From NCBI GenBank assembly GCA_964571315.1, contig CAZNBR010000001.1:1-60456 (forward strand): DNA of 60,456 bases, given 5' to 3'. Position numbers and translations under genes: made by a program. Under the pieces are notes generated by a model, which was given only the letters and a program-made list of their open reading frames with translations, did no database searches and had not been told where the DNA came from. Origin of the DNA: an uncultured Syntrophaceae bacterium (GTDB lineage: Bacteria > Desulfobacterota > Syntrophia > Syntrophales > UBA2210). Of this stretch, positions 18,901-27,974 are shown piece by piece (within the stretch, counting starts at the first letter, position 1; every line of letters begins with the position of its first letter).

Positions 18901-19092
18901 TGTTACCAGCTCCTCAATTTCTTCCGGGCTTGCGTTTTCATAAATACTTCGAATGGTCAGTGTCGGATAGGTAATATCGGGCATCAGGTCTATGGGCAGG
19001 CGCATCAGTGAAACACCACCCAGAATCAGCACAACAAGAATTACCATGACGGTAAAAACAGGACGATGAACGGCGGCACGGGAGAGGTTCAT
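15994..19092 (-). CDS. RND (AcrB/HAE1-type) efflux permease
   Basis: 1032 aa with a 12-TM architecture and two large periplasmic loops. The N-terminus RPVFTVMVILVVLILGGVSLMRLPIDLMPD is typical. Confidence 0.95.
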   Translation of the reverse strand: MNLSRAAVHRPVFTVMVILVVLILGGVSLMRLPIDLMPDITYPTLTIRSIYENASPEEIEELVTRPIEEAMSAVPGVESVYSISSEGVSNVRVTFAWGTDLDTASNDIRDRLDRTIPKLPEDAERPTLYKFDIASFPILIFGATGNMNPLQMRNIIDNQIKYRIERVPGVASLDVWGGYEREIQVNLDAGKVKAMGLPLDQILNHIEAGNINLPAGSIDRGQFGITMRTSGQYTSLDQLKETIVAIRDNAPIKLGDIASVDDTWKKITRIILVNGKPGVRLGVRKQSGANTVEVARAVLDETEKINRDIPQIQLTPIIDTSDYIRNSITNVGSMALYGGILAVLVLLFFLRNIMSTVIIATAIPISIIATFALMYFGGLTLNIMTMGGLALGIGMLVDNSIVVLENIYRHRESGEDAEEATIQGSGEVTAAIIASTLTTLAVFLPLVFIRGMTGIMFKQLALVVSFALLCALMVAVSLVPMMAAKFLHAGGDYSGDSLVQRLYRTSARVFTGMEDGYKRLLHFILDHTGVVVIGVSILLAMSLLLIPLVGVEFMPTTDEAEVRIDAEMEVGTRLEVVAEKFKLIEEIVRREVPEVKSMVASIGGSSWRSLGAHTGSMQVALKPRAERDRSSERIAADLRGKLGTMPGITIRTRAGQGLFLLRMFSGGDTEKIQIDIRGFDLQTADALALRVKEIVEGVEGVTDALITRESGNPEEIILVDRQKAADMKLTVSQIANMLQTAITGTRASGYREGGDEYDIRVKIKEAEKLDLREILNMTLVGTGGEPIVLGNVVQIAPVRGPVRIERKDQERIVTVSANTIGRDMGSIHKDIREQLRAVAVPRNFSINFGGDYDEQQKAFRELLLSLILALVLVYMVMASLYESLRYPLIVMFSVPFAAIGVILILFLTNTTFNVQSYIGCIMLGGIVVNNAILLVDHTNLLRSRDELPLREAIEEAGRRRLRPILMTAMTTILAMVPLAIGLGEGGEVQAPLARAVIGGLISSTMMTLLIVPTVYLFFENRLTKNPETETGK

Positions 19093-19152
19093 TGTACCAT
19101 GCCCCTGATAAGGGATTTTCTGATTCTTTCAATCATCGGGATCCACCGGTCC

Positions 19153-20325
19153 TTATGAAGATGATCCAGCTGTTTTCCCCGGCAGGGAAATCGCGGCACC
19201 ATCCTCAAGAAGGTGCTGCCCTACTGTCACGACAAATCCCGAAATTGAGGGATCTGCTATCTCGGCCACATTGCCGTTGACGATACCCAGTGTTACAAGG
19301 ACACGCTTTGCCTGCATCTGTTCCTTATCGACCAGGAAGATGCTCCACCGATCATTGTTTTTCACGAGGGAATCCACGGGGACGACAGTGGCCTTTTCAT
19401 GGCGGTCAAATTCAATGTTCACACGGACGAACATCCCTGGTTTGAGCATTCCCTCCGGGTTGGGTATATCAATTTCAACACGCGCCTGCCTCGCGGCTTC
19501 CTTCAGGATAGGAGCGACACGGGCTATATTTCCGTTGAAGATTTTATCGGGAAAGGCATCGGTTGTAATCATAGCGGACTGGCCCGTTTTTATCCGGGGA
19601 TAATCCCGTTCGATCACGTGTATGATAGCTCTCAGGCAACTGATATCTATAATTGAAACTATGGGTGTGTTCGCCGTCATCATGGCCCCTTCATCGACAA
19701 ACCGCTCGCCCACGACTCTGGGAGCATTTCCGTTTTTCCACGATGCCTTGATCCGTGTGTAGTCAAGCCTGACCTGCACCGTTTTCAATTCTGCTTCTTT
19801 CTGCGCAACCTGTGCTGAGGCTACCTTTTGCCTGGCCAGGGCCACCATGTACTGTGCTTCCGCGGCATCCAGTTCCGCTTCCGAAACAATCTTTTTTTCC
19901 CTCAGTGACTGGGCCCGTTCAAATTCCCGTCGTGCAAGATTCAGAGCACTCCTGTTTTCTTCCGTATTGGCCCGCGCTACATCGAGTTCCGCCTTGGCCT
20001 GATCGACCTGCTGAACAACTTCATCATCATCGATAAGGGCTATGAGCTGGCCCCGTTCCACAAGGTCGCCGATATTGACAAAAATCTTCTCCAATCGCCC
20101 GGCAATCTTCGGGGCCACGACATACTGGGATTCCGGCAGAAGTGTACCGGTAAAAGTCCCGATCTCACGAATAGTGGCTTGTGTAACCGGCGTCACCTCG
20201 ACGGCAACCGAAGGTTTCGAAGGTCGTTGTGATTGTATTGGCGAAAGAGAGATCTTATGGTAAATCTGCCAGCCGACAAGAATAAGGATGATCAGTATTG
20301 CAGCGCCGAGCACTTTTTTCTTCAT
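19153..20325 (-). CDS. RND efflux periplasmic adaptor (membrane-fusion protein)
   Basis: 390 aa with an N-terminal TM, a lipoyl/coiled-coil hairpin (AKAELDVARAN...) and a beta-barrel region. It sits upstream of the RND pump. Confidence 0.9.
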   Translation of the reverse strand: MKKKVLGAAILIILILVGWQIYHKISLSPIQSQRPSKPSVAVEVTPVTQATIREIGTFTGTLLPESQYVVAPKIAGRLEKIFVNIGDLVERGQLIALIDDDEVVQQVDQAKAELDVARANTEENRSALNLARREFERAQSLREKKIVSEAELDAAEAQYMVALARQKVASAQVAQKEAELKTVQVRLDYTRIKASWKNGNAPRVVGERFVDEGAMMTANTPIVSIIDISCLRAIIHVIERDYPRIKTGQSAMITTDAFPDKIFNGNIARVAPILKEAARQARVEIDIPNPEGMLKPGMFVRVNIEFDRHEKATVVPVDSLVKNNDRWSIFLVDKEQMQAKRVLVTLGIVNGNVAEIADPSISGFVVTVGQHLLEDGAAISLPGKTAGSSS

Positions 20326-20485
20326 TGATATAGCCCTATCCGGAATGAATTCTCTTGAGTTTGCCTATTTATGCCATTTTTGAATTCACGGCAAGTGTTT
20401 TTGTAGCTCTTACAAAAATCTCAGAACGGTGCAAAATAAAAACGAACGGGGCGTATTTTTCTATCTCGGCCATGCGCGTGCTCCC

Positions 20486-20845
20486 TCAAAATCCTTGATT
20501 GTTTTCTGAACGTTCCATCCTTTTCCCTATGCGATAGGCGTCCACTATGGAAAAGAGCCAGCAGCAGACAATAAACAGCACTGTGAGGTTGTAATAGGGT
20601 GACGTGTCCGCGGAGGAGGTCAGCGCCAGGTTTGATATGGTCTCCATATCAACCTTGTTCACCTGATTCTGCAGCTGCTCGAGGATAGCGAGCGCCCTGA
20701 TGGTTGCCATCCAAACGAGGACACCTATCCCTGAAAGGACACACACCATGATGGTGATGCCCCGGCGGAGACGTTTCAGATGGATCTGCCCCGTTCCGGG
20801 GAACGCAAGTCCTGACAGAAGAGTGGCCTTTGTTGAAGGTTTCAT
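20486..20845 (-). CDS. small membrane protein, function unknown
   Basis: 119 aa with two predicted TM segments. The ATG overlaps the plsC stop (ATGA). Confidence 0.5.
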   Translation of the reverse strand: MKPSTKATLLSGLAFPGTGQIHLKRLRRGITIMVCVLSGIGVLVWMATIRALAILEQLQNQVNKVDMETISNLALTSSADTSPYYNLTVLFIVCCWLFSIVDAYRIGKRMERSENNQGF

Positions 20846-21609
20846 GACATTCTCCCTTCGGGGTAGTTGGGATTAAAATTGGCGATTATAGTGTTCCTGG
20901 TGACAGCTATCAGATTTTCGATGGTATCGTGAGTATAGCCCCGCGTATCGACAGGATCTCCCACAACGACCTCGATGGAGCCCCGCTTGAACGCGAGGGT
21001 CCCCTTCGGCAGGACCTTTCTGCTGCCGTTTACCGTTACCGGAAGAATGGGGAGGTCGCTTTCCACGGCCGTCGTAAATCCCCCTTTTTTGAATGGCTGG
21101 ATTGCACCGTTGGGAGATCTCGTGCCCTCGGCAAAAAACAGGACACTGACACCGGGGGGGAGACGTCGTATTCCCTCGCGGATGCTCTGCACCGCCTTGT
21201 CCCTGTCGGTCCGGTCTATAAAGATATTTTTTGATTTGTAGAGGGCGAATCCGAAGAGGGGTATAGCGCGGAGTTCCTTCTTGATGATCCAGCGAAACTG
21301 GATGCCGAGCCGCATGACGAGGGCGAGGATGTCAAAATGTGATTGGTGGTTTGATATGATGACATACGATTGCCCCGGCCGGATCTTTCCCCTGCCTCTG
21401 ATCTCGGAGCGCACCCCTGTCACCTTCAGCATGATCCACGCCCACGCCTTTGAGATAGTAAAAGCAAGGTTTCCTGTGGAGCTCAGCCAGGCGCTCACCA
21501 CAATCGGGATAAATACGAGAAGCATGGCAAGGCCGGCCCAGAAACTGGCCCAGAGAATCTTGAATATGCGCAGCACGATATCCATTGTGTGTGTTTTCTT
21601 TTCTGCCAC
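20842..21609 (-). CDS. plsC: 1-acyl-sn-glycerol-3-phosphate acyltransferase
   Basis: Acyltransferase motifs NHQSHFDI (HX4D) and FAEGTRS. The start is uncertain (GTG 21609 or ATG 21585). Confidence 0.85.
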   Translation of the reverse strand: MAEKKTHTMDIVLRIFKILWASFWAGLAMLLVFIPIVVSAWLSSTGNLAFTISKAWAWIMLKVTGVRSEIRGRGKIRPGQSYVIISNHQSHFDILALVMRLGIQFRWIIKKELRAIPLFGFALYKSKNIFIDRTDRDKAVQSIREGIRRLPPGVSVLFFAEGTRSPNGAIQPFKKGGFTTAVESDLPILPVTVNGSRKVLPKGTLAFKRGSIEVVVGDPVDTRGYTHDTIENLIAVTRNTIIANFNPNYPEGRMS

Positions 21610-21827
21610 GATAGCGGCTGTTAGTCAAATGATATTTAAGGACAAAATTACCCCTTCCATTCTTGCGGAGCCAACGGTAGGTTGCGCGGCAACAGCACGA
21701 GTCATGGAGCGGACCGTGGAGGACGAAACTCCCTTGAGCTTAACCCTGTTATGATTTATTATCATGAGCAGGTTTCTCAATTTTTGGCCGGCCGATGGCC
21801 GGAGAACAACAATGAAAGGAAGAAACA

Positions 21828-22400
21828 ATGATAAAAGATCTGGTAGCAAAGAACAGGAGTTGCCGTCGTTTCCACCAGGATTCCCCCATCACCCTTGATA
21901 CCTTGAGGGAGCTGGTCGACCTTGCCAGGCTGAGCGCGTCGGCGGGTAACCAACAACCGCTGAAATACCTGTTGTCCTACGATCCCGGCAAAAACGCCGA
22001 TATTTTTTCAACCCTTGCCTGGGCCGCCGCTCTGAAGGATTGGCCGGGGCCTTCCGTGGGAGAGCGGCCGTCGGCATATATTGTCATCTTGGAGGATACG
22101 GGACTGAGCAACCCCTGGCTGAAGTTCGATATCGGGATAGCGGCACAGAGCATCCTCCTCGGAGCAACGGAAAAGGGACTGGGGGGGTGCATGATAGCCT
22201 CGGTACAGAGTGAGAAGCTTCGGGGAAAGCTTGCAATCCCCGAACACTTGGAGATATCGCTCGTCGTGGCCCTCGGCAAGCCGAAGGAAGAAGTGGTCGT
22301 GGAAGCGATCGGTCCTTCCGGTAATATAAACTACTGGAGAGATGACAAGGGCGTCCATTACGTGCCGAAGCGCCGGCTTGATGATATCATTATAGAATAG
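21828..22400 (+). CDS. nitroreductase-family protein
   Basis: 190 aa. SCRRF...L...V..ARLSASAGNQQP is a typical nitroreductase N-terminus. AAAGGAAG RBS. Confidence 0.8.
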   Translation: MIKDLVAKNRSCRRFHQDSPITLDTLRELVDLARLSASAGNQQPLKYLLSYDPGKNADIFSTLAWAAALKDWPGPSVGERPSAYIVILEDTGLSNPWLKFDIGIAAQSILLGATEKGLGGCMIASVQSEKLRGKLAIPEHLEISLVVALGKPKEEVVVEAIGPSGNINYWRDDKGVHYVPKRRLDDIIIE

Positions 22401-22501
22401 GGGTTGTTGGACCCTTGACAGGTTTGCAAAAAGGTTTCTCTTCCCGATATGTCTGGATCGAACTGCGTTCTTCGTCATCGGAGCATATTGGGGGATTTTT
22501 C

Positions 22502-22529
22502 TTGACAGGGATTCCCCCGTTACTATATT
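22502..22529 (+). promoter_or_regulatory. sigma70-type promoter (TTGACA-16 nt-TATATT) upstream of the acyl-CoA synthetase gene
   Basis: TTGACA at 22502-22507 and TATATT at 22524-22529, ~45 nt before the ATG at 22575. Confidence 0.45.
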
Positions 22530-22574
22530 TGATTTGAAGATATAGTGCTGCAAAGTATATTCTGAGGTGGGCAT

Positions 22575-24224
22575 ATGTGTAAAGCACGGAATATGACCGA
22601 TTATGAGAAGGAGTATGCCGCGTTCACGTGGGAGGTGCCCGAGAGATTCAACTTTGCGAGGGATATCGTTGACAGGTGGGCTGAAGACCCGGGAAAACTG
22701 GCCATGTGGTGCGTCGAAGGCGACGGCAGCGAATCGAAACGGACCTTTCTCGATTTCAGCATGGCGTCCAGAAGACTTGCCAACGTCCTGACCCGTCAGG
22801 GCATCAAACGGGGGGATGTGGCGATGGTAATACTGAACCGCAACCCCGCATGGTGGGAGATATTCACCGCCTGCATCCGGATGGGGGTCATCATAACACC
22901 CGGCACCACCCAGCTCACCTCGAAAGACCTTGAATATAGGATCAATGCGGCAGGGGCCGCCTGTTTCATCACGGACACCGAGAATGCGCCGAAGCTGGAG
23001 CTGGTGCTGGACCGGTGCCCCACACTCAGAAAGAAGCTGATCGTAGGGAAACCGAGAGAGGGGTGGATCACATATACCGAAGCGCTGCAGGACGCCCCGG
23101 AAGTATTTGAGACAGCAGATACGAAGAGTGACGAAGGGGCCATCGTCTATTTCACCTCCGGAACAACCGGATACCCGAAGATGTCGCTCCACACACACAC
23201 CTCGTACCCCCTCGGGCACCAAGTAACGGGGAGATACTGGCTCGATCTTACGCCGGATGATCTCCACTGGAACATCAGCGACACGGGGTGGGCAAAGGCC
23301 GCGTGGAGCAGCTATTTCGGCCCGTGGTATTGCGGGGCCGCCGTCTTTGTTCACACCGCGGACCGCATCGATCCGGCAACGACCCTCTCGTGTCTCCAGC
23401 GATACCCCATCACGACCATGTGCGGCGCTCCTACCCTCTACCGGATGCTGGTCCTCCAGGATCTTAGCAGTTGTACGTTTCCGACATTGCGCCACTGCGT
23501 CGGTGCCGGAGAACCTCTGAATGCCGAGATTATCGACGCGTGGGAAAAGGCTACTGGGGTAACCATTCGAGACGGGTACGGCCAGTCGGAGACAGTGTGT
23601 CTCTGCGCCAGCTTCGCGTGCATTGAACCGCGCTTCGGCTCCATGGGGAAGAGGACACCCGGTTTTGACCTCCAGGTTATTGATGCGGAAGGGGACATAC
23701 TTCCTCCGAACGTTGAAGGGGATATCGCTGTCCGGGTCAAACCGGAGCGGCCCCTCGGCCTCTTCAAGGAATACTGGAAAGATCCCGAAAAGACTGCCGC
23801 GTCACACAGGGGTGACTGGTACGTCACGGGCGACCGGGCCTATATCGATGAAGACGGGTATTTCTGGTTCGTGGGGAGGGCCGATGACGTCATACTGACG
23901 TCAGGGTATCGTATCGGTCCCTTCGAGGTGGAGAGCGCCCTGATCGAACACCCCGCCGTGGCGGAATCGGCGGTCGTCTCAAGCCCGGACACAACGCGCG
24001 GCGAGGTCGTCAAGGCCTTTATTATCCTTGCCCCGGGATTCACCGGGAGCGATAAGCTGGTCAAAGAACTTCAAGATTACGTGAAGGGCGCCACGGCCCC
24101 GTACAAATACCCCCGGAAGATAGAGTTTGTTACGGACCTGCCCAAGACGGTCAGCGGAAAGATAAAACGCATGGATCTTCGCAACGCGGAATGGGGCAGG
24201 AAGGAGCCGGACGGCTCTACATAA
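22575..24224 (+). CDS. AMP-forming acyl-CoA synthetase (medium-chain/ACSM-like)
   Basis: GAGGTGG RBS. AMP-binding motifs YFTSGTTGYPKM, GYGQSE, YVTGDRA and PKTVSGKIKR. Confidence 0.9.
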   Translation: MCKARNMTDYEKEYAAFTWEVPERFNFARDIVDRWAEDPGKLAMWCVEGDGSESKRTFLDFSMASRRLANVLTRQGIKRGDVAMVILNRNPAWWEIFTACIRMGVIITPGTTQLTSKDLEYRINAAGAACFITDTENAPKLELVLDRCPTLRKKLIVGKPREGWITYTEALQDAPEVFETADTKSDEGAIVYFTSGTTGYPKMSLHTHTSYPLGHQVTGRYWLDLTPDDLHWNISDTGWAKAAWSSYFGPWYCGAAVFVHTADRIDPATTLSCLQRYPITTMCGAPTLYRMLVLQDLSSCTFPTLRHCVGAGEPLNAEIIDAWEKATGVTIRDGYGQSETVCLCASFACIEPRFGSMGKRTPGFDLQVIDAEGDILPPNVEGDIAVRVKPERPLGLFKEYWKDPEKTAASHRGDWYVTGDRAYIDEDGYFWFVGRADDVILTSGYRIGPFEVESALIEHPAVAESAVVSSPDTTRGEVVKAFIILAPGFTGSDKLVKELQDYVKGATAPYKYPRKIEFVTDLPKTVSGKIKRMDLRNAEWGRKEPDGST

Positions 24225-26628
24225 AATTCACCGGGTCCACATCCACCTTGATGCGCAGGATGGGATCCTTGATGTATGCCAGGATCTGCTCGGCCAGGGA
24301 GTGCAGCGCCGGGATATTCGGCCCCTTGAGAAGCATCTGCCACCGGTATCTGCCCTTGACCTTATACAGGGGGGCCTCCGCGGGTCCCAGGATGGAGACA
24401 GTTCCTCCTCCCCGCCGGGACATATCTCTGGCAACGGTATTCAATTCTTTGGCACAGCGGGCAGCCAACGCCTCGTTCATTGAGGATATGACGAGGTTTA
24501 CCATACGGCTGAAGGGGGGATAGCCGAGTCCCTGGCGCATGGCAATCTCGTCATGATAAAAACCGATATAGTCATGATTCCGGGCCAGTCGTATGGCACC
24601 GTTGTCCGGGTTAACGGTCTGGACGATCACCCTCCCCGGCGAATCACCCCTGCCCCCCCTCCCCGAGACCTGTGTCAGTACCTGAAAGGTCTTTTCCGCG
24701 GCCCTGAAATCGGGGATATTCAGAGAGGTATCCGCCGACACCACCCCGACCAGAGTGACGCCGGGGAAGTCATGCCCCTTCGTGATCATCTGTGTTCCCA
24801 CAAGGATATCTATCTCACCCCTGTCGAGGGATGTGAGGATCCTTTCGTATGCCCCCCTCCTCGAGGTGGAATCGCTATCCATCCTCCCCACCCGTGCGCC
24901 GGGGAAGAGTCTTGTTATCTCTTCCTCCACCCTCTCGGTTCCCATACCGTAGCTGTGTATCCGGGAGCCGCCGCATGCGGGACATACCGGGGGGGCCTTG
25001 ACGCGGAAGTTGCAGTAGTGACACCTCAGGAATCCGTCGTTCATATGATGTGTCATAGAGACGGAACAGTTGAGGCATTTGAATATGTAGCCGCAGTCGA
25101 GACAGTAGAGGAAGGTGTGAAACCCCCGTCTGTTAAGAAAGAGGAGCGTCTGCTTGCCGGCATCAAGCGTCTCCCGGACAGCTTCTATAAGGGAATGGGA
25201 GAACAGAGGGGGCTTGTTCCCCCCTTCTTGTTTCATGTCGACGATATCGACTCGGGGGAGATCTCTTCCGGCAACCCGTTTTGTCAGCTCGAGGAGCCTG
25301 AAATCTCTGTTTTGCGTGTTGAAGTATGTCTGGATCGCGGGCGTCGCCGACCCGAGAATCACCGTAGCCGCCCCCTGCTTTGCCCGTACGATCGCCAGAT
25401 CGCGCGCATTGTAGGGAAGGTGATCCTCCTGCTTGTACGAGGAGTCATGCTCCTCATCGACAATGATAAGCCGCAGGTCTCTGACCGGGGCGAATATGGC
25501 CGATCGCGCGCCTATGACGATCCGGGCATCACCCCTCTGTATCCTGCGCCATTCGTCATATTTCGCGCTTCGCCCGATACCGCTGTGCAGGATGGCGATC
25601 ATATTCCCGTCAAACCTGTTTTGTATCCTGCTCATCAGTTGCGGGGTCAGGGTTATCTCCGGCACGAGGTAGATGGCGCCTCCCCCCAGCGCGACGATTT
25701 CCTCTATCGCCCTGAGGTACACCTCGGTCTTTCCGCTCCCGGTAATACCGTGGAGCAGACAGGGAAAGTAGCGGCGGGAGGCGATTCCCTCCACTATCTC
25801 TCCGAGCGCCTTCTCCTGCTGCTCGTTTAACCGTATGTCCGGACTTTCCTCCCCGATATGGGGGGAAGGGCCCGGGCTTCGGTAGGCCTCTCGTGTGGAT
25901 ATATCAAGGAGACCCTTCGTTTCCATGCGTGTTATTGTGCCCCGGACATTCTTGAATTCCGAGCGAAGCCTTGCCATATCGGTCTCGCCATTCCGCTCCA
26001 GAAATTCATAGATTTTCTTCTGTTTCTCCGTCAATGTGACATCCGGGAGAAGGGGGGATCGCAGTGCTACCCTCGTTTCCTGCTTCTTTGTTACCGTGGC
26101 CTTTCCGATCCGGTCCCCCATATTGATGCAGTGCAGGTCTTGAAGCCCCTTAAGATCACCGAGGATACCTTTTCTTCCGGCGTCTTTTTTCAGTGTATCG
26201 ACTGACAGGCCCTGGGGATAATCGGCCAGGATTTGCAGTATCCTGCGCTGTGAACCGGACAAGGATCCCTCTTCTACCGTTTGATTATCAGAGAGACAGA
26301 CCCACCGACTGCTTTCGACATCTATGCCGCCCGGCAGCAACGCCTTAAGGGTTTTCCCCAGGGGATAGAGGTAGTACTCCGATGTCCACCGGTAGAGAAC
26401 AAGGTCCTGTGCGTTGAAAAGCGGTTCGCTGTCCAGCAGGTCGATGATGGTTTTGACGGATGGTATATCTGTCGAGGGGATCGATTCGACGATATAGCCG
26501 GTCACGTTCCTTCTGCCGAACGGCACGAGGACCCGCTTGCCGATGGCTATCTGCCCTTCCATGCCATCCGGCACGCCGTAGGTAAAGGGGCCCGCAGATG
26601 GTATGTTGATGGCTACGTTGACAAACAC
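24217..26628 (-). CDS. priA: primosomal replication protein N' (PriA helicase)
   Basis: 803 aa with a GTG start. Walker [13 protein letters not shown] box VDEEHD, and Cys-rich Zn region CLDCGYIFKCLNC...CHYCNF...CPACG. Confidence 0.95.
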   Translation of the reverse strand: MFVNVAINIPSAGPFTYGVPDGMEGQIAIGKRVLVPFGRRNVTGYIVESIPSTDIPSVKTIIDLLDSEPLFNAQDLVLYRWTSEYYLYPLGKTLKALLPGGIDVESSRWVCLSDNQTVEEGSLSGSQRRILQILADYPQGLSVDTLKKDAGRKGILGDLKGLQDLHCINMGDRIGKATVTKKQETRVALRSPLLPDVTLTEKQKKIYEFLERNGETDMARLRSEFKNVRGTITRMETKGLLDISTREAYRSPGPSPHIGEESPDIRLNEQQEKALGEIVEGIASRRYFPCLLHGITGSGKTEVYLRAIEEIVALGGGAIYLVPEITLTPQLMSRIQNRFDGNMIAILHSGIGRSAKYDEWRRIQRGDARIVIGARSAIFAPVRDLRLIIVDEEHDSSYKQEDHLPYNARDLAIVRAKQGAATVILGSATPAIQTYFNTQNRDFRLLELTKRVAGRDLPRVDIVDMKQEGGNKPPLFSHSLIEAVRETLDAGKQTLLFLNRRGFHTFLYCLDCGYIFKCLNCSVSMTHHMNDGFLRCHYCNFRVKAPPVCPACGGSRIHSYGMGTERVEEEITRLFPGARVGRMDSDSTSRRGAYERILTSLDRGEIDILVGTQMITKGHDFPGVTLVGVVSADTSLNIPDFRAAEKTFQVLTQVSGRGGRGDSPGRVIVQTVNPDNGAIRLARNHDYIGFYHDEIAMRQGLGYPPFSRMVNLVISSMNEALAARCAKELNTVARDMSRRGGGTVSILGPAEAPLYKVKGRYRWQMLLKGPNIPALHSLAEQILAYIKDPILRIKVDVDPVNFM

Positions 26629-26631
26629 CTA

Positions 26632-27411
26632 TTATTCCTTGATGTTGAGAAAGTCCATTACCGAGGAGCCGACCGCTCCCCCTTCAGGTATCTTGAAGAG
26701 GTTTTCAGGCAGATTCTCATTTATGGAGATGTTGCGCAGTATGCTGACGGCCAACAGGGTATCATTGCTGTAGTACTCTATCTTTCCGGGGAACCAAAAA
26801 TCTTTGTTCATCTGACGATAATCCAGGTATTCAGCCCTCAGGACGACCGCTTCCCCACCAGATATCCCCACCCCGACGAACCGCAGGGGCAGGCCCCTTT
26901 CCCGCTCGATCCATAAACGGCTTCCCGGTGCCTGATCGAGGGCTTTTCCTACGACAAAAACCACCTTTCTGTCTATCCGGTCGATGCCGACGGTATGGGT
27001 ATCCACGCCGAGGAAACTGAGGGCATTCAGGAGATCGACCACGGATTTCTGAAAAAATATGGTGGGGAAGACGGTGTCGATCCTTCGTGCACCGGGGTGT
27101 GACGTCTCAACGCCCATGGTAAAGGCTTGTCTTCCATCCTGCACGAGGATATTGTCCCCCTGCAGGAACCCTCTCTCGGATCTGAACAGGCCTCCTTCCC
27201 TTATCAGGAGTTGCTCCCTGACCTCTGTCTTCCTGTATGGATCGTCATGGATCGTGGTTTCCATGCCGATTTTTACGGTATGCACGCCTCGGTACGCCTT
27301 CAGAAAAGGCTCCAGCATCTGCTCGGCGGAGAGGATATAGGCAAATCCCGCAGGGATGAAGCAGAGAGATACGATCAGCAAAAAAATGATCTGGAATGCG
27401 GGCTTTTTCAT
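26632..27411 (-). CDS. secreted hypothetical protein, possibly LolA-like fold
   Basis: 259 aa with an N-terminal signal MKKPAFQIIFLLIVSLCFIPAGFA. The fold assignment is only an impression. Confidence 0.4.
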   Translation of the reverse strand: MKKPAFQIIFLLIVSLCFIPAGFAYILSAEQMLEPFLKAYRGVHTVKIGMETTIHDDPYRKTEVREQLLIREGGLFRSERGFLQGDNILVQDGRQAFTMGVETSHPGARRIDTVFPTIFFQKSVVDLLNALSFLGVDTHTVGIDRIDRKVVFVVGKALDQAPGSRLWIERERGLPLRFVGVGISGGEAVVLRAEYLDYRQMNKDFWFPGKIEYYSNDTLLAVSILRNISINENLPENLFKIPEGGAVGSSVMDFLNIKE

Positions 27412-27539
27412 TTTTGACGCGGGCTGTACCCGGACGGCATCGTTCTGCGGAGATTATAGGGAACAACACAACGTCATGTTGTTTTCACGGATAAGGGGTG
27501 GTGCCATCGGGGCAGATGGTGTTTGGGTAGAAAAACTCT

Positions 27540-27902
27540 CTATTCTCCCCTCTGTTTTTCCTGCTCCTCCTGCTTTGTCTTGCAGTCTATACAGAGGGTG
27601 GTGACCGGACGGGCCATCAATCTTTTGTCGGATATCTTTTTCCCGCACACCTCGCATATCCCAAAGGTGCCTTCGTCAATGCGCTGGAGGGCCTCCCACA
27701 TCTTCTTTGCCAGTTTTCGTTCCCTGTCCCTGATCCTCAGCTCAAAGTTCCTGTCGGATTCCTGGGATGCCCTGTCCGTTACATCGGGGAAGCTCTCCGT
27801 TCCACCCGTCATTTCGGAAACGGTTTTGCCTGCCTCGCCCAACAACTCTTCAATCTTCTGCGTGAAAAGTCCCTTGAAATATTCAAGCTGCTCCGGTTTC
27901 AT
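27540..27902 (-). CDS. dksA: DksA/TraR-family C4 zinc-finger transcription factor
   Basis: 120 aa with a coiled-coil region and C-terminal CEVCGKKI...CIDC. Confidence 0.85.
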   Translation of the reverse strand: MKPEQLEYFKGLFTQKIEELLGEAGKTVSEMTGGTESFPDVTDRASQESDRNFELRIRDRERKLAKKMWEALQRIDEGTFGICEVCGKKISDKRLMARPVTTLCIDCKTKQEEQEKQRGE

Positions 27903-27939
27903 TGACGTCTATCCCCGCCTTCTTTGAATTAAGTGAGGC

Positions 27940-27968
27940 TATATATACAATGAAGCTGTTTTTGTAAA
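27940..27968 (-). promoter_or_regulatory. sigma70-type promoter (TTTACA-17 nt-TATATA) upstream of dksA
   Basis: Read on the minus strand: TTTACA (27963-27968), a 17-nt spacer and TATATA (27940-27945). Confidence 0.4.
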
Positions 27969-27974
27969 GAAAAA

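Noticed and set aside
22008-23495. Very long ORFs antisense to well-supported genes: 22008-23495 (-), 24553-25830 (+), 43822-44676 (+), 45979-47247 (+) and 53084-54295 (-).
   Set aside because: Each lies opposite a gene with unmistakable family motifs (acyl-CoA synthetase, PriA, acyl-CoA dehydrogenase, thiolase, aminotransferase). Their products are Arg/Pro/Gly-rich low-complexity sequence. Long stop-free antisense frames are expected in GC-rich coding DNA.
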